Source: Azolla caroliniana (lineage: Eukaryota; Plantae; Polypodiophyta). From it: a stretch of 64,000 bases of DNA. The stretch spans positions 13,640,001 to 13,704,000 of the forward strand of contig JBHGNT010000011.1 of the NCBI GenBank assembly GCA_043228905.1. Reading direction: 5' to 3'. Position 1 is the stretch's first letter, and each line of letters starts with the position of its first letter. Positions 40,299-54,000 of this stretch are shown here, one piece after another. A program made the position numbers and the translations under genes. The notes beneath the pieces are model-generated. The model was not told the DNA's origin, did not search any database, and saw only the letters and a list, made by a program, of their open reading frames with translations.

Positions 40299-40845
40299 GC
40301 ATAAAATGACAATAAAAATTGTATGAAAATCTATAAGTACAAAAAAATGGGAATTAAAATTCTTGTTAGATGGATATGTACAAATATTGTTGCCTTATTG
40401 CAAATACATAGAAAATTAGTAACATTTGTCATAAATTTTAGATCTAGAAGTTGTCAACAATTACACATTCTCCAAGAATAGCATAATCATGTTGGAACTT
40501 CATAGTATTTTCTATCATCTTGAAACTAATAGGATTGAAAGGTATATCCCTTGCTTTTGAAGACTTTCACATCTCACACAAATATATGCAACTCCTCTTG
40601 GAACTTCATAGTATTTTTTCTATCTTCTTGAAACTAATAGGATTGAAAGGTATTATACTCCTTGCTTTTGAAGACTTTCACATCTCACACAAATATTTGC
40701 AGCTCCACTTGATCATCTAATTTTTATATACTAGGAATCTACCTATATCATTAATTAACTCGATCCTTGTTGCCTTCCCCTTTTGTCTCAAGATAGAATC
40801 TGCATTGAGTATAACAAAAATGAAGGATAAGTGTTTGAATATATA
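40299..40845 (+). pseudogene. Right part of the degenerate UPS duplicate (intron 4 end, exon 5, part of intron 5) with an internal ~100 bp tandem duplication
   Basis: Collinear with ~20972-21385, e.g. ATAAATTT.AGATC.AGAAG, GCATAAT.ATGTTGGAA.TTCA.AGTATTTT, TCATCTTGAAAC, AAAGGTAT, TGAGTATAACAAAA. The exon copy is frameshifted, and ~40491-40595 is repeated at ~40598-40705. Confidence 0.82.
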
Positions 40846-40869
40846 TCTAATTGCACTATAATCAATTCA

Positions 40870-41260
40870 TGATTGATATGTCCAGTATAATCTATGACAA
40901 TTTGAAGATTAAGCACAATCTGCAACATCTTTTGGTAGATTGAATGGCAGTCTTTCACATTTTGGGAAGTGTACCATCTGATTATTCTATTTCTGTTACA
41001 AGGCAACATCGGAAGAAGTCCTACCTTCAATGAAATTGTATTGGATTGAGTGTATCAACTTTGTTAGCTAAATTTTTGATATATTGAGCAACCACAGGTA
41101 AATTTCTTTAGTTCAGCTTCTGAGAAGGCTTTCATCAATCTCAAAAGAACAACAGCCTTTGAGAGTAAACAAAAATCAAGAATTTTTTCAAATATAAAAG
41201 CATTAATGGAATCCTAGAACAACTTTTTAAATACCTTATCCAACCCCCCTATCAAAGAAA
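40870..41260 (-). mobile_element. Highly decayed LINE reverse transcriptase fragment
   Basis: Broken minus-strand reading LLNISKILAN / LIHSIQYNFIEGRTSSD resembles the L1 RT N-terminal motifs (KILANRL, Q.GF..GR...D). Confidence 0.5.
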
Positions 41261-41869
41261 CAAGTCACCATTGATGAAATGACACAAGTGATGCCATATT
41301 TGTGACGAACTAATTAAGATGGTAGAGTGAGTGTAAGAGGATGGTTCACTAGGTGAACTATTTCACTCAATCGGCATGCTCAAGAATCGTTGCACCCACT
41401 CTCGCTAGTCTCACCAACTAAAGGGTGTTTCCCAATACATATCCTTAACAACGAATTGACAAGGTATACTCTCGCCATATGCTAAGTTGGTAGGATCTCT
41501 ATTTACTTAACAATTAGTGTGTTGGTTGTTACATCATTGTATAGTGGGGATATATCCTTATATGGCCGATTCCCATAAACTCATCAAATTCATTCATACA
41601 TTGTGCACATGCCCTTTTATATCTTCTAAGCTTTCTCCTCATTCTTAACCATTATTAGTAGTATTGTTTTGAACCCTTGGATTATGGTAACCCATATTTT
41701 TTTAGCAAAGGAGTAAAATGTATATTTGTATACTAATAATAACACATAATCACTGTTGAGATTTGAACCCTTAACCTCAAGGCAAGTGACTCATAAGATA
41801 AATTATCTTGTTTTGTTCTTTTCTTTTTCTAGGCATATTTATTATCTTTTAGTTTTGGTTTATTGCAAT

Positions 41870-44800
41870 CGAGAGATATTTGGGGAGGCTTTAGAAGCGA
41901 AGGGAGGGTGGTGTCGCATAACTCCAAGCACAACTTTCTCTAACCATTACCCGGTAGCTGGTCATTTTCAATTGCACCGAAAATGGGGCCCATTCAAGAC
42001 TCACATCCCACACACTATTTACACACTTATAGACGTGAAGGACCAACTATCCAACCAATGGTCATTACCCGTCAATGGCTCATCAACATCGAACAAACTT
42101 TTAGCTAAATTAACAAGAGCCTCTACTCTCCTACATGAGATTGTCAAGACCAAACGCAAGGATGCTCAGGAGAAGCGACAGAGGACAAAACGGGGACTAA
42201 TAGCCTTACAACGACTCCAACAGAGATACCCATCCTGTATTTGGATCGCAAGACAAGTCGCCACGGCCAAACAGGAACTTAGCATGGCAAAAAAGGCAAT
42301 ATATGACATGGAGTTTCATGGCAGCATGGCGCGATGGATTCGAGTAGGGGACAAAACCACAAAGGAATTCTTCTGCTCCAAAGGCCCGAGGCACACTAGA
42401 ACTGTGATGCGCAGCCTCAACCGGGAGGATGGAACAACCACTGAGGATGGTGACGAAATGAGGAATGTTGCCTACTTACCGAAGACATGATATCTACAGG
42501 GGAAGACATAAGCGATGATATTATCCTCCAAAGCATACCCGAGAAAGTCACACCGGAAATGAATACATGGCTCGTGCGTCCCCTATCAATCATTGAGATA
42601 TGGGAGGCCCTCACTGATTTAGATGCTGAGAGCTGCCCGGAATTGACGGTCTCACCCTGCAGTTTTTCACATGCCTTTGGGGCACTATTAAAGAAGACCT
42701 CCTCCAGGCATATGAGGAGATCATCACCTCTGGAAGCATGCCGAAGGAATTTGGACAGGGGATGATACATCTCATTCCTAAAAGTGGTGGGAATGCCAAC
42801 GACATTCACAAGTGGAGGCCCATTACTCTTCTCAATATTGTCTATAAGTTGCTCGCAAAAATCGTGGCACGCCGTTTAACTCCACTTCTCCCTCAACTCA
42901 TTCATCCATTCTAGACAGGTTTCGTTAGAAATCGGAGCATCCTAGACAACCTCTTCTCATTTTGGGAAGCAGTAGCCCTTGCCAAGCAGACCAACAAGAA
43001 GGTAGCGGTGGTGCTACTAGATTTTGAGAAAGCATATGACAGGGTATGTTGGAACTTTCTAGAAAGTGTGATGAGGAAACTCGGCTTTCAAGAGACATGG
43101 ATCAAAGGCATTGCAGGATTTTATAGGAATGGCAGCAGTTGTGTTTCGTTGGCAGGTGAAAGGGGCCCCTTTTTCTGAATATCCCACTCTGTATGGCAGG
43201 GATGCCCACTAGCTCCATCCTTATTTCTATTATACGTCAAAGCACTCTCTTGCTTTCTCAACTCGCAGCATCTCAACCTACGTGGTCTTCCCATACCTCA
43301 TTCTTACCAAAGAATCCTAGATATAGAATTTGCAGATGACATAGTAGTCTACCTGCAAGGGGACTTGGAAAACCTCCAAAAGCTAGAAAGTGGGCTAGTT
43401 TTATTTTGCAAGCGATCCAACGCCATGATCAATTGGCACAATCCTGTGCAATATGGCTCTCTCAGGAAACACATCCGGCGTGGCACCCACACCCCGCTTT
43501 CAAGTGGATCAATCAAGGAGCGAGCACCAAATATTTGGGCTTCCAAATTGGTTTCAACATACCGCCGAAGACTATGATTGCACCCGTTATCCTTTCCATT
43601 CGACAAAAGTTGATACATTGGAGCTCTAAAAATTTGTCGCTAGCAAGTCGCATCATAGTGGCAAATCAGGTACTCCTCGCAACAACCTGGTACAGTCTAT
43701 CATGCTAGACAATCTCCAAGGAAAGTATACATCAGATTCAACGACTGGTCCGCAACTACATTTGGTCTGGTAAGGAAGACCATGTAGCTCGCACCAAGGT
43801 GGCGTGGCCTATACTCACAACACCTAAGTCGAGAGGGGGATTGGGTCTTATTGATCCCCTTTCACAATCAAAAACCTTACTTGCCAAATTTGTGGTGCGA
43901 GGACTCCAACCAGGAAATGATTGTTGGAAAATGCTATTGAGGTTACGTTTCGCTTACTTTAGGCCACGAAAAGGGGTCAATTGGGGCCCCCAAACGGGAT
44001 GGAATCTAAACTTGGATCTCAAACCTAGTTTCTCCCGCCATTTGGAGGATAGATTCAGTGCATCCATGTGGAAGGCATGGTGTGACATTCATTGAGGGCT
44101 CCAGTGTGATCAACCGAGATCCGAACCTGCCTGGCTCAATCAACGTATCCTATGGAACCCATGTCTCAAGGATGGATCTAATCAACTACTAGGATCACGT
44201 AAGGGGTTGTCATGGGGATACATTGCAGAAGGTCCAGGCAAAAGTATAGAATGTTGGTGACGGTTTATGTCAATGCCACTACAAGATCAAGCGAACATAC
44301 TCCATGGAATCAGGGGCGGATGGACTATGAGATCGGAAATCATTAACGCGCTACTGATTAGGGAATCTGCTACCCAAAGGATGACAATGGAGAAATGGAT
44401 AGGCCACGAGGAGGAGGGTTCTCTGATCCCGAGAGGTAGGGGATCACCAGACAGGCTCGAAGGCCCTGAATTGCGAGACACTGAGGCACCCACACAAAAT
44501 AACGCCATTCGAGTACTCGTGTACACTGGTCATAAATGGATTGTAGATCCTGATCCGATCAAAGTATAACCCGATTGGCATATATGTACTCATGAAAACA
44601 CATGGCTACGTAAGGTCAGTTGGGACCCTTTGCAATGGATATGGCGTGATCCCTACGCGGGGCAAGGAAGCAAACCCATCCCTTTCTTCCAATTCACAAC
44701 TAGATTGGGTCGCCACATTCTAGTTGCTCAAGCCGCCCGAGAACCGGCTGCTGCGAAGGTTTGGCACACATTTCAAGTTCCCTCCGCAATAATCACCAAG

Positions 44801-45710
44801 TCTTGGTAGAAAATCTGGAAACAACAACATGCGAGGCGAATTACCACTTTCCAATGGCTGTTAATACATAAGTCCCTACCAGTGGGAGCATGGCAACGTG
44901 GGAACCTTAGCTCTCCTAATTGTGTAGAGTGCCCACATGCGGTAGAATCCATATGACACGCTCTGTGGGACTGCCCAACGTCCCATAGAATATGGCGGGG
45001 GGTTGGCCGCTTGTTGCAATTATGCCAGGTGCAAGGATCAATCAAGTGGGGAAATATATGTTGACTATCATGGCAGACTGCAATTGGCCGATATGAGCAT
45101 CAAGAGGAGGGGATGACTTTGGTGATAAAAGCACAAGAGGTCCTTTTCTCCTCCAACGGCAATGTCCACTCTATTCCTCTTAATGACAAATCTCAAGAGG
45201 TGTTGGAATTGGTCAGCCCAATAACCCTTTGGATTCTATGGAAACAATGATGTAGGCGAGTCTTCTCCAACCAAACCGCCTATCCAACAAGAGGTCCCAC
45301 AAGAGGTCCTTTTCTCCTCCAACGGCAATGTCCACTCTATTCCTCTTAATGACAAATCTCAAGAGGTGTTGGAATTGGTCAGCCCAATAACCCTTTGGAT
45401 TCTATGGAAACAATGATGTAGGCGAGTCTTCTCCAACCAAACCGCCTATCCAACAAGGTTACTGCAAGAGATATGGAGTGAAATTGTAGCCACGCTAAAG
45501 AGCCAATATGATGGCCTTAAAGGTGGCTCCGAGGGAGTTGAAAGACAACACATAGCCTTCATCCAACAATGGTCGTCCTCTCCCTTTCTTGAGTCAGTGG
45601 GCTTCCACATTAGATGGAACTATCGCGTCCCTTTAGGGATTTGTACATAATCGTCTCATTTGTAAAATTTTATAACTAATGGAAGGAGTTTTTTTTTGGG
45701 AAAAAAAAAA
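41870..45710 (+). mobile_element. 5'-truncated, degenerate L1-clade non-LTR retrotransposon (ORF2)
   Basis: End of the endonuclease (FSNHYPV), then RT motifs KWRPITLLNIVYKLLAK, LDFEKAYDRV, QGCPLAP, FADD, KYLG and GGLG, a C-terminal Cys/His motif (CVECP...HALWDC), and poly(A) at 45701-45710. No TSD found. Confidence 0.92.
45132..45457. repeat. 166-bp-period tandem duplication in the LINE 3' region
   Basis: CACAAGAGGTCCTTTTCTC...CCTATCCAACAAG starts at 45132 and again at 45298; the copies look identical. Confidence 0.95.
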
Positions 45711-46256
45711 GTTATGTTTTTTATCACCAATCGACATGGTATTATGTTCTTTCTTACATCGTTATCCTTGATAAACAATCTGGTAAAGATTTTATGATTA
45801 GATGCGAGTCATGGAAATAATGGTGTAGAAAGACGATATGCTATGAAATGAAAGGATTTTTTGATATAAATGGCTATATTCTTTTGCATGTTGATTTTAT
45901 CATATTTGTTAGCATTGCATTTATGAAGGATGCACACGACAATGCCAATACCATGAAGCCATTCGTTTAGGATGAAACCAAAAATGTGTATGAACTTAAC
46001 TAAAATTATGAAGAAAAGTTTTCAAATAACACGATATCAAACCCATTCGCCAAGGCTCAAATCAAACCCTAATGTTGCCAAGCACACTTTACTCTTAGAA
46101 TTTTACAATGCCAACATGTGAATTTAAAGTACAATCCATAAAGATCGTGCTTTTAAATCACAATTGTATTTAATGCCGATGCTATATATTTATTGCACCA
46201 AATAATCCAATGCCATTTTGCATGATAATACATAACACTCGAAAAGTAGGTGGATA

Positions 46257-46460
46257 TATGACTAGACAAGAGTGGTTTATTGGCACATCTCCTCCTATTT
46301 TTGTTGAATGATTGCCAAATAAATAGAGTGAAGAAGAATTCCGAATGAGTTCTTGGAGGATGTATGGCTAGACAAGAGTGATTTTTATTGACATGTCTCC
46401 TTCTACTTGTTTTCAATGATTGCCAAATACATAGGGTGAAGAGGAATGAGTTCTTGGAGC
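46257..46460. repeat. Diverged two-copy ~105 bp tandem duplication
   Basis: TATG.CTAGACAAGAGTG...AATGATTGCCAAATA.ATAG.GTGAAGA.GAAT...GAGTTCTTGGAG occurs twice. Confidence 0.8.
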
Positions 46461-47844
46461 TAGTTTTCTATTATGAGACCATCTACAAGTAATGCCATGT
46501 GAGGTTAGCTCGGAAAACGTCTACGTGGCATATTTTCAAATGACACCAAAAAGTTTATGCTAACATTAATTGGCATGTGTGTAGAAGGAAACATCATCTC
46601 TCAACGAATGTTCAAGGTGTTGTGTGAAGAAGAATGAATGAACTAATTTGCTTTTCATCATTGAATAATCGATTATTCAATGGAATGATACATGGAGAGG
46701 TTAACAAAGTTTCGGGTGGCATATTATCAGCAAACACACGAAACACAAAGCATGACAACTCATGGCAAAAATATATCATCAAGGATTCCCTAATAGACAC
46801 AGAAGATGATGCAAACAATATATTATCATCATTCCTCAAAAGGCCTAGTCCAAAATTGATCTATGGAAAATAATGCACTTCACATATATGCCCTTCTCGA
46901 TTGATATACGAGTATGGCGCATAAAATTATCATGCATGTCTAATGAAAGTCATCATACATCTCGAGGATGACCATATATGCAAGGAATGCAAGGAATCAA
47001 AAGTGATGTATTCATCCTGCAACTAGGTTTTCCATTCACATACATACATACATACGTCACATGTCTCGATACTTGAGTGGCAAATGCATGACGCGACCTC
47101 AGTATCTTACAACTTGTGTGAGTTAAGCTAGGAGAAGTGTTAAGGGGTTCTTCTAAGAGCTAAGGGAGTCTCAATCGACACTGTTGTCCACAAAGAGAGA
47201 ATCGCTTCAGTTGGCCGAACAGGGGCGCTGGCATGGATAGAGAGCTCACATAATGTGATGAATAAAATACATACAGAACAAATAGATAGTTTAACATAAG
47301 ATTTCATTATGTACATAATATAGTAAGTTGTAAGTTGTAACCATAGTATGAACCATACGTGCATTCGCATTCGAGACTGATTCAAATATTCGAGTATGGT
47401 AAATAGTAAATACCATACATACTGTTGTAACTTGAATTCATGATTTATTATAAGGTAAATTTTTTTTAAGGTAAAAGCTGTAAAAAAAACAAAACATAAG
47501 AATGTTGTGAGATCATACGCATTCGTTTTCATTCGTATTGAAAAGAATGTTTGCCAATGCATTCGAGTATATTAGGTGCTATGATAGTGAATATTAGAGA
47601 GAGAGACAGACAGACAGAAAGACAGAACAGAGACTGGATCAAAAAAGGCTGCTGCTTTCAGCTGGTTCTAGCTCTCTGTCTCCTGCTCTTGCAAGCCCCC
47701 CCCCCCCCCGCCCCTGGTTATCTCGGAATTCCCCAGGTTTCTTTGTTCCCCCCTCAGATCTGATTTGTCGACCCAGAATCAAAGAGAAAACAGAAGGATA
47801 AAAGAGAGAAAGAGCTGCTCTGAAGGAAGGGAGGGAGCAAGAAA

Positions 47845-47986
47845 ATGAATCGCATTAGGCAGCTCGATGCCTTCCCTAAGATCAACGAGGATTTCTATAG
47901 TCGATCCTTGTCTGGAGGAATCATCACACTACTATCTTCTGTCGCCATGCTGCTTCTGTTCATCACAGAGCTAAGTATGCAATATC

Positions 47987-48028
<42 letters not shown>

Positions 48029-51000
48029 CTCTGGATGTTTGAGACTGTCTTTAAGGAAGCCCATTGCCCTTCTTTTTTTGGATAAGTTTGTCATCAGGTT
48101 CGAGTGTTTAATGAATGTGTTCGAGTCAATTATTCTTTATTTGCCGCCGGTGCTTAGATCTAAAGCCCATTTTTAGCGTTGAAGGAAGCCTACAACTTTT
48201 CAAATCCTGCAAAAATGATCCTTAAAGAGCTGTCTGAGGTCACAAATACAGTATCTAAAACATTAAATTAGGCATACAAAGTTCTTGATTAAATGCAAAA
48301 ACTCATGTTAACCTGACAATGGGCTTCAAATTTAAATAAGCTTTTCATGGTTCTTAGAAGTCCTATTGCTTTTAATCTATATTTCTGATATATCTTTGTA
48401 GATTGACAGGTATTTGATAGAATTTGAACAACCTATGCAAACTGTTTTTTTTAACATGGTGATGATTTTATCTTTCTCTAAACTCTTTATAGTGTATCCA
48501 CGTGGGGTTGATGCTCCAGAATTTCCAGTGTCATCATATTGTCTGTATCATAAATTCTAATGTGATTTATGCTGAGAAACTCTGCCAATGGCATTCTTAT
48601 TGAATTGATTAGTTGGCAAGAACATCAATAGTATTTCTTAGGGTTAATAATCAAGAATGCACCAATCAAAGATCCTTAGAGGAAAATGGTACATATAACA
48701 GGTTGTGAGATGGGGACTTTTGTAGCCATAGTGAGATCCTGAAAATACTAGAATGGTGTAAATATATTTGTCCTTCACCAATGGTGGAGTCCTAGCAGAA
48801 ATGTGCTCTAATTCCTCGAGTGGTCCTAATTGGCAAGCAATTGTTAGATCCTACGAAATTCCGTTCAAGAAAGCTTTTCTCTCAATACTCAATTAAGATC
48901 ACTTGAAATTTGACAGCCTTTCATGCTTACTTCATAGATAGATTTTATACTTTCTTGTTAGTCTAATCTTGATGTTGTTTGAGGATTCCATGACCTTTTG
49001 CTATTTATATATTCCATGATCTTTTGCTATATGTGATCTTTCGTCAGGTTTTATTTGTTCCTTAAATTGCAGGAATATTCCTCAACCCTGCGACAAAAAG
49101 TGAGCTCATTGTGGATACATCTAGGGGTGAAACTCTTAAGATTTATGTGAGTATACTATCAATCTTTCTATGCAACATGTGCTGATATATTCTATGATGT
49201 TGCAACTCTAATATCTCATGCAATCATACACAAACATAGTTCCACATTCAAAAAACGATCTTTACAATCTTGGAGTTAAATTTTCTTAGTAGAAGATGAG
49301 GCCTCAATGAGCAATGCTGAGAGTGTGCATCATAGTCATAAGGGGCTGGAGGGTGTATGGTGGGGATGTGTTGGACAAGTAATTGGGACATCCTGTGCCA
49401 CATACAAGATTCATCCCAAACATTGACATTCTAGAAATGTCAATGTGAATTTAGCTTTTAGAATTAAGTTTCAAAGAAAGTTTTAGAAGGTTCTAATCTC
49501 CTTTGCCTCAACCTTTGGATGCCCCTATTTTTCCAATTCTAGTTGAGAGAGTTTTGCAAGATGGTTCCTCACAATTCTTGTCTTGTAATCCAATCCTTAC
49601 TGACATTATGTCAAGTTTCCTTTAATAGGGATCTAGAAATGAAAACTATTAATGATAAGAACCTAGTTTTACCAATACTAGTTGGGAGACTCATTGAAGG
49701 GGAGACCTCTCAAGCTACCTTGGCTCAAGCCTTACATTGAGAGGTATCACGTTTTAAAGCATTGAAAATTTGTACTCTCTCTTATGTTTTCTAACAATAA
49801 TATATTTTTAAGTCATACTGATTTTGTCTTATGCATTGAACTCTCAAAACTCAATAGTAACTGGCAAGACTAAGTGACTTTTAACACTTGATTTCTATTT
49901 ATATTAATATCAAAAAGTTACAGCGTTGTCGAAAAGCCAAAGGAGGTCAAAACCTTTTGAAAAGCCAAATGCGGTTTTTTCTCGTGGCAAAGAAGTTTGC
50001 CACATTCTTGAATCTTTTTTTGATGTCATAATTTTTAGAATATTCTGGAAATGTCCAAGATCATCTGTGATTGTGATATTAAGAGTTTACGTCATTTCTG
50101 CTTTGTCTCTTCAACGTCTTCTTATCTTGCAGATAAATTTATTGATGTTACAAAATTAACTCTGAAAGACAATCTGCCTGTGTGACGATCTAGTTGTGTG
50201 CTCTCTCCCTCTCTCAGAATAGAAGAAGATGATGATGATTAAAGGTGTGGTGTGGGTGTCTGCTAAAGTTTGTCCTCCCAACCATCAGACATGCCCATAT
50301 ATAGTAGACCCGTGCATAAGGGCTACTATGCATGTCCACTCCCTCCCTTGCCCGCACAACATTCATGCTATGTGTCCGCACCGACACCTAGGGACATTCT
50401 AGAATTGTCTCATGACACTTACGGTCACAACAGTTATAGTCACTTTTCAATATCACCTCCATGTTGGGTCAATGTCAGAAAACAAGGCATATTGACCTGT
50501 AAGACCGTGCTTCATGTTCAACCCAATTTCATATCCTTGGCTGACCTTGTGATGTTGCATCCTCTTCGGTTCTTCTCTAGACCTCAGTCTCCTGGTGATT
50601 ATTGATATTGGCACATGCAACTACAAAAGAGTGGTAAAACACCTATAATTCACAACTTCAGTTTTATTAGCGAAAGACCACATTCTTAATTTTTTGGACT
50701 CATTAAGACATAATTTCACCTCTGAGAAGGTATATTGCACTTGAACAAGGAATTTGACATGTTGACTCCAATTTCCTGGCCAACTGCAAAATTTTAATTA
50801 AATCCAATTCCGTCAACTGAACGTGACCCATAGAGCCTCCAGAGAACTCAAATGATGAAATCTGTAGAAGTTTTAGCTCTCACATGCCTATCTGTAGAAG
50901 TCCTAAATCTGAGTTTTGAGTTTTACACACATCTCGAAGTGTCCATCTCTACAAAAATACCCTAAACACTCAATTATCCCGCTCACTTATAGCTTTTAAG

Positions 51001-54000
51001 TGATTATGTTGGGTGTAACCCCTAACTTTCAAGTGATTATATGGGGTGGAACAAACAGGTAAAGAAATGCAGAATGCGCAACAGCTTCCAGGGATGATCA
51101 CTTTGATCTTATTGATTGACTGCGCGATGAAACACTGAGCTTTTGCCTTATTGGGCTATGAGGTGGATACCCCATTCGTTAGAGAATTTCCCGAAGACAT
51201 ATTCATAAACGCACATACTGCCACACATCAGAATCTAATATTAATTGGACTGAGTGCACAGGGACCCTGGGGCCTACTAGCCTTGGCTCATCCAGTATGG
51301 GGATCAATGGCAAGCTGCTATCTGGCACTGGCCATGGAACACCTTCTTCTCTGATTTTAAAAGTTCTGGGGAACAAATAAAATAAATAAAAAATGAAAAT
51401 AGTTTAGCGATTAAATTACACTACAAAAGAAAAACAAAAATAACATTCTAGTGATATTTGTTGCCACAAGTGAAAGCTATTGAACACCCATTCTGAATAT
51501 GGTCCCTGGCGAAATCCTTCCTGCACTACAACCTGGGTACAAGGTTTTTCAATAATTTAACTGCATGAGTTTATTAGGATATGCATATACCCACAACTTT
51601 TGATAGTGTCTTTCTTCCCTGAAGCTCCATTGTCAATCTCTTTGTTTATGTGCAGTTAGATATAACGTTTCCAGCTCTTGCATGTTCTGTTGTCACCCTT
51701 GATGCAATGGATGTCAGTGGAGAGCAGCATCTTGATGTGGTATGACATTTTCCTTTTCCTATTGATTGGAATGTATATGTGATCAAGTTATTTCTCAGTG
51801 GATTAGTGTGCGCTATCTTTGATGTGTCTATATTCTTCTGTACCTTTGGCAGAAACACAACATCTTTAAAAAAAGGCTTGATTCAACAGGAAGGGTTGTG
51901 GAACCACCAAAACAAGAACACATTAATGGAGGCCATCAGGTTATTAGTATTCTGTTCGAAATCATTTCACAACTAAATTAGTCAGCTATTGTTAGGATCT
52001 GCAATAATTAGCGCTAGTTTCTTTCAATTAATCTTATAGAAATGCAATTCCTTATTGAGAATATAATAATATATGCTAAAGCCTATTACCATTTAGTCTA
52101 CAAATATTAGTTTGTTCTGATATCCAATGAAGATTAGACAATAAGTGTATGATTAAGAATCAATCTTTGCTGTGAATTTAGAATTCTCCTTATATAGTTA
52201 GGAGAACTACTAAATAACTAAATGTACATATTGGTGTGCATGAGATCTCTATCCAAGTAGAGATGTGTGTGATAATTAATTAACGTTGATAGCTAGTGAA
52301 GTAATCACTGATTCAACAAGCAGATTATATCACAAAACCTAAGCCATTGTTTATCTAGCCAATTTATAGAGAAAGTAGGGGAGCAAAGCTAAAGTTGTAA
52401 CTTGCTATACTAGCTAGACCTTACACGAGCCTATTATATTAATGCACTCTTCTTATTCATTCCATTATGGATCTAAAGTTTAGAGATGCTTGTGAGCTAA
52501 TAAAATCTTTGCTCAATATTAACAGCTAGTAAATCAATCACGAATTTAACAACTAAATTGCACCATCAAATCTTAGCCAAAGTTTTATCGAACCATTTTG
52601 TAGAGGAACTATGGTAGCATTGCTAAATTTGTAGTACACCGTATTCATAACTAGACCTTATGCACTGCTCTTATTGATTCCATTTTGGGTCTTGCAAAGA
52701 GACAGATGCAATCTGGCAACAGAAATATCATTCATGGAATCCATTTTATCTGGCCCAAATTATGATTGGAGGGGAACTTAGATTTGAACGTTGTAATGCA
52801 CCCTTCGTATTGATTCCATTTTGGGCCTTGCAAAGAGACAAATGCAATCGGTAACAAAAAAAATCATTCATGGAATCCATTTTATCTGGCCCAAATTATG
52901 ATTGAGGGGAACTTAGATTAGGGGCGACTTACAAGTCAAATATTTACTCATGCTTGTGAACTCTTTTTCTGTGTTACTTTGAAGCTGATGAAGAGAGGCT
53001 TATGTTATATTACATTTATATCGTTACGCGATCTGCCAATTGATAAGGCAATACAAAACTCATTCATGAGAATCCATGAATGTCTGGCCCAAATCAGTGA
53101 TAGGAGGTGCAAACTCTGCATGATCTGCCAATTGACAAGACAAGACAAAAATTATTCATGAGAATCCAGGACTACTTGGACCAAATCAATGATTGGGGGC
53201 GCAATCTTTACAGTGTGCCAATTGGTAAGACAGTAGAAAAATCATTCATGAGAATCCATGAATACCTGGCCCAAATTGGTGTTTGGGGATAGGGGTTACA
53301 GCTAGTTGAGTTGCAATCTTTGCATGATCTACCAATTGATTACATGAACTTCAAATTGATGAGTCAACACAGAAATCATTCATGAGAATCCAAGAATATG
53401 TGGTCCAAATTGGTGATTATAGACAGGGGTTACATGTTATTGATTTTATGGAAATTTATAAGGCAACACAAAACGGATGAGAATCCATGAATAGCTCAAG
53501 TTGGTGATTGGATATAGGGGGGGGCACATGTAGTTGATGCAAGCTTTACATGGTCTGCCAATCAATGAGGCAGTAACATGTAATTGACATGAACCAATAT
53601 CTCAGTATAAGATGCCATTTCTAATAATTGTAATGAACTCTTTTGACAGGTCCCCTTTGTTCATGATGCCTGACTTGTTTTATGTAGATTACATTACCCA
53701 TTATAACCTTGCTAAAGTTGTTAATAAAGGGCTAGTCATAGTTTCTTAAAAATAATTCGTTAATGATGAAATCAGCATATTTATTCCATGCACTAAGCAA
53801 ATATGGTTATTTATTTGTGTAGGTTGAGAAACCCTTACAAAAGCATGGAGGAAGGTTGGAACACAATGAAACATACTGTGGATCTTGCTATGGAGCTGAA
53901 CAGGTGCCTTTCATGATATCTATGCTAAATTGTACATATGCTGATTGTACAGTACCATTATTCTATGTTTTCTCTGGGATCATGATCTATTTTAAATCAA

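Noticed and set aside
41756-42490. 244-aa ORF as an independent gene
   Set aside because: The N-terminus is flanking non-coding DNA read into LINE ORF2; it is part of the truncated LINE.
47138-47560. Possible solo LTR or 140-aa ORF upstream of ERGIC3
   Set aside because: It starts with TG but I found no matching CA end with TSD, and the ORF is low-complexity AT-rich.
49290-50420. Two copies of the palindrome GACATTCTAGAA.TGTC in ERGIC3 intron 2 (possible MITEs)
   Set aside because: TIRs and TSDs could not be delimited.
52674-53560. CRISPR-like look (recurring palindromic core with variable intervals)
   Set aside because: Intervals are homologous to each other and irregular, the cores are degenerate, there are no cas genes, and it lies in a spliceosomal intron.
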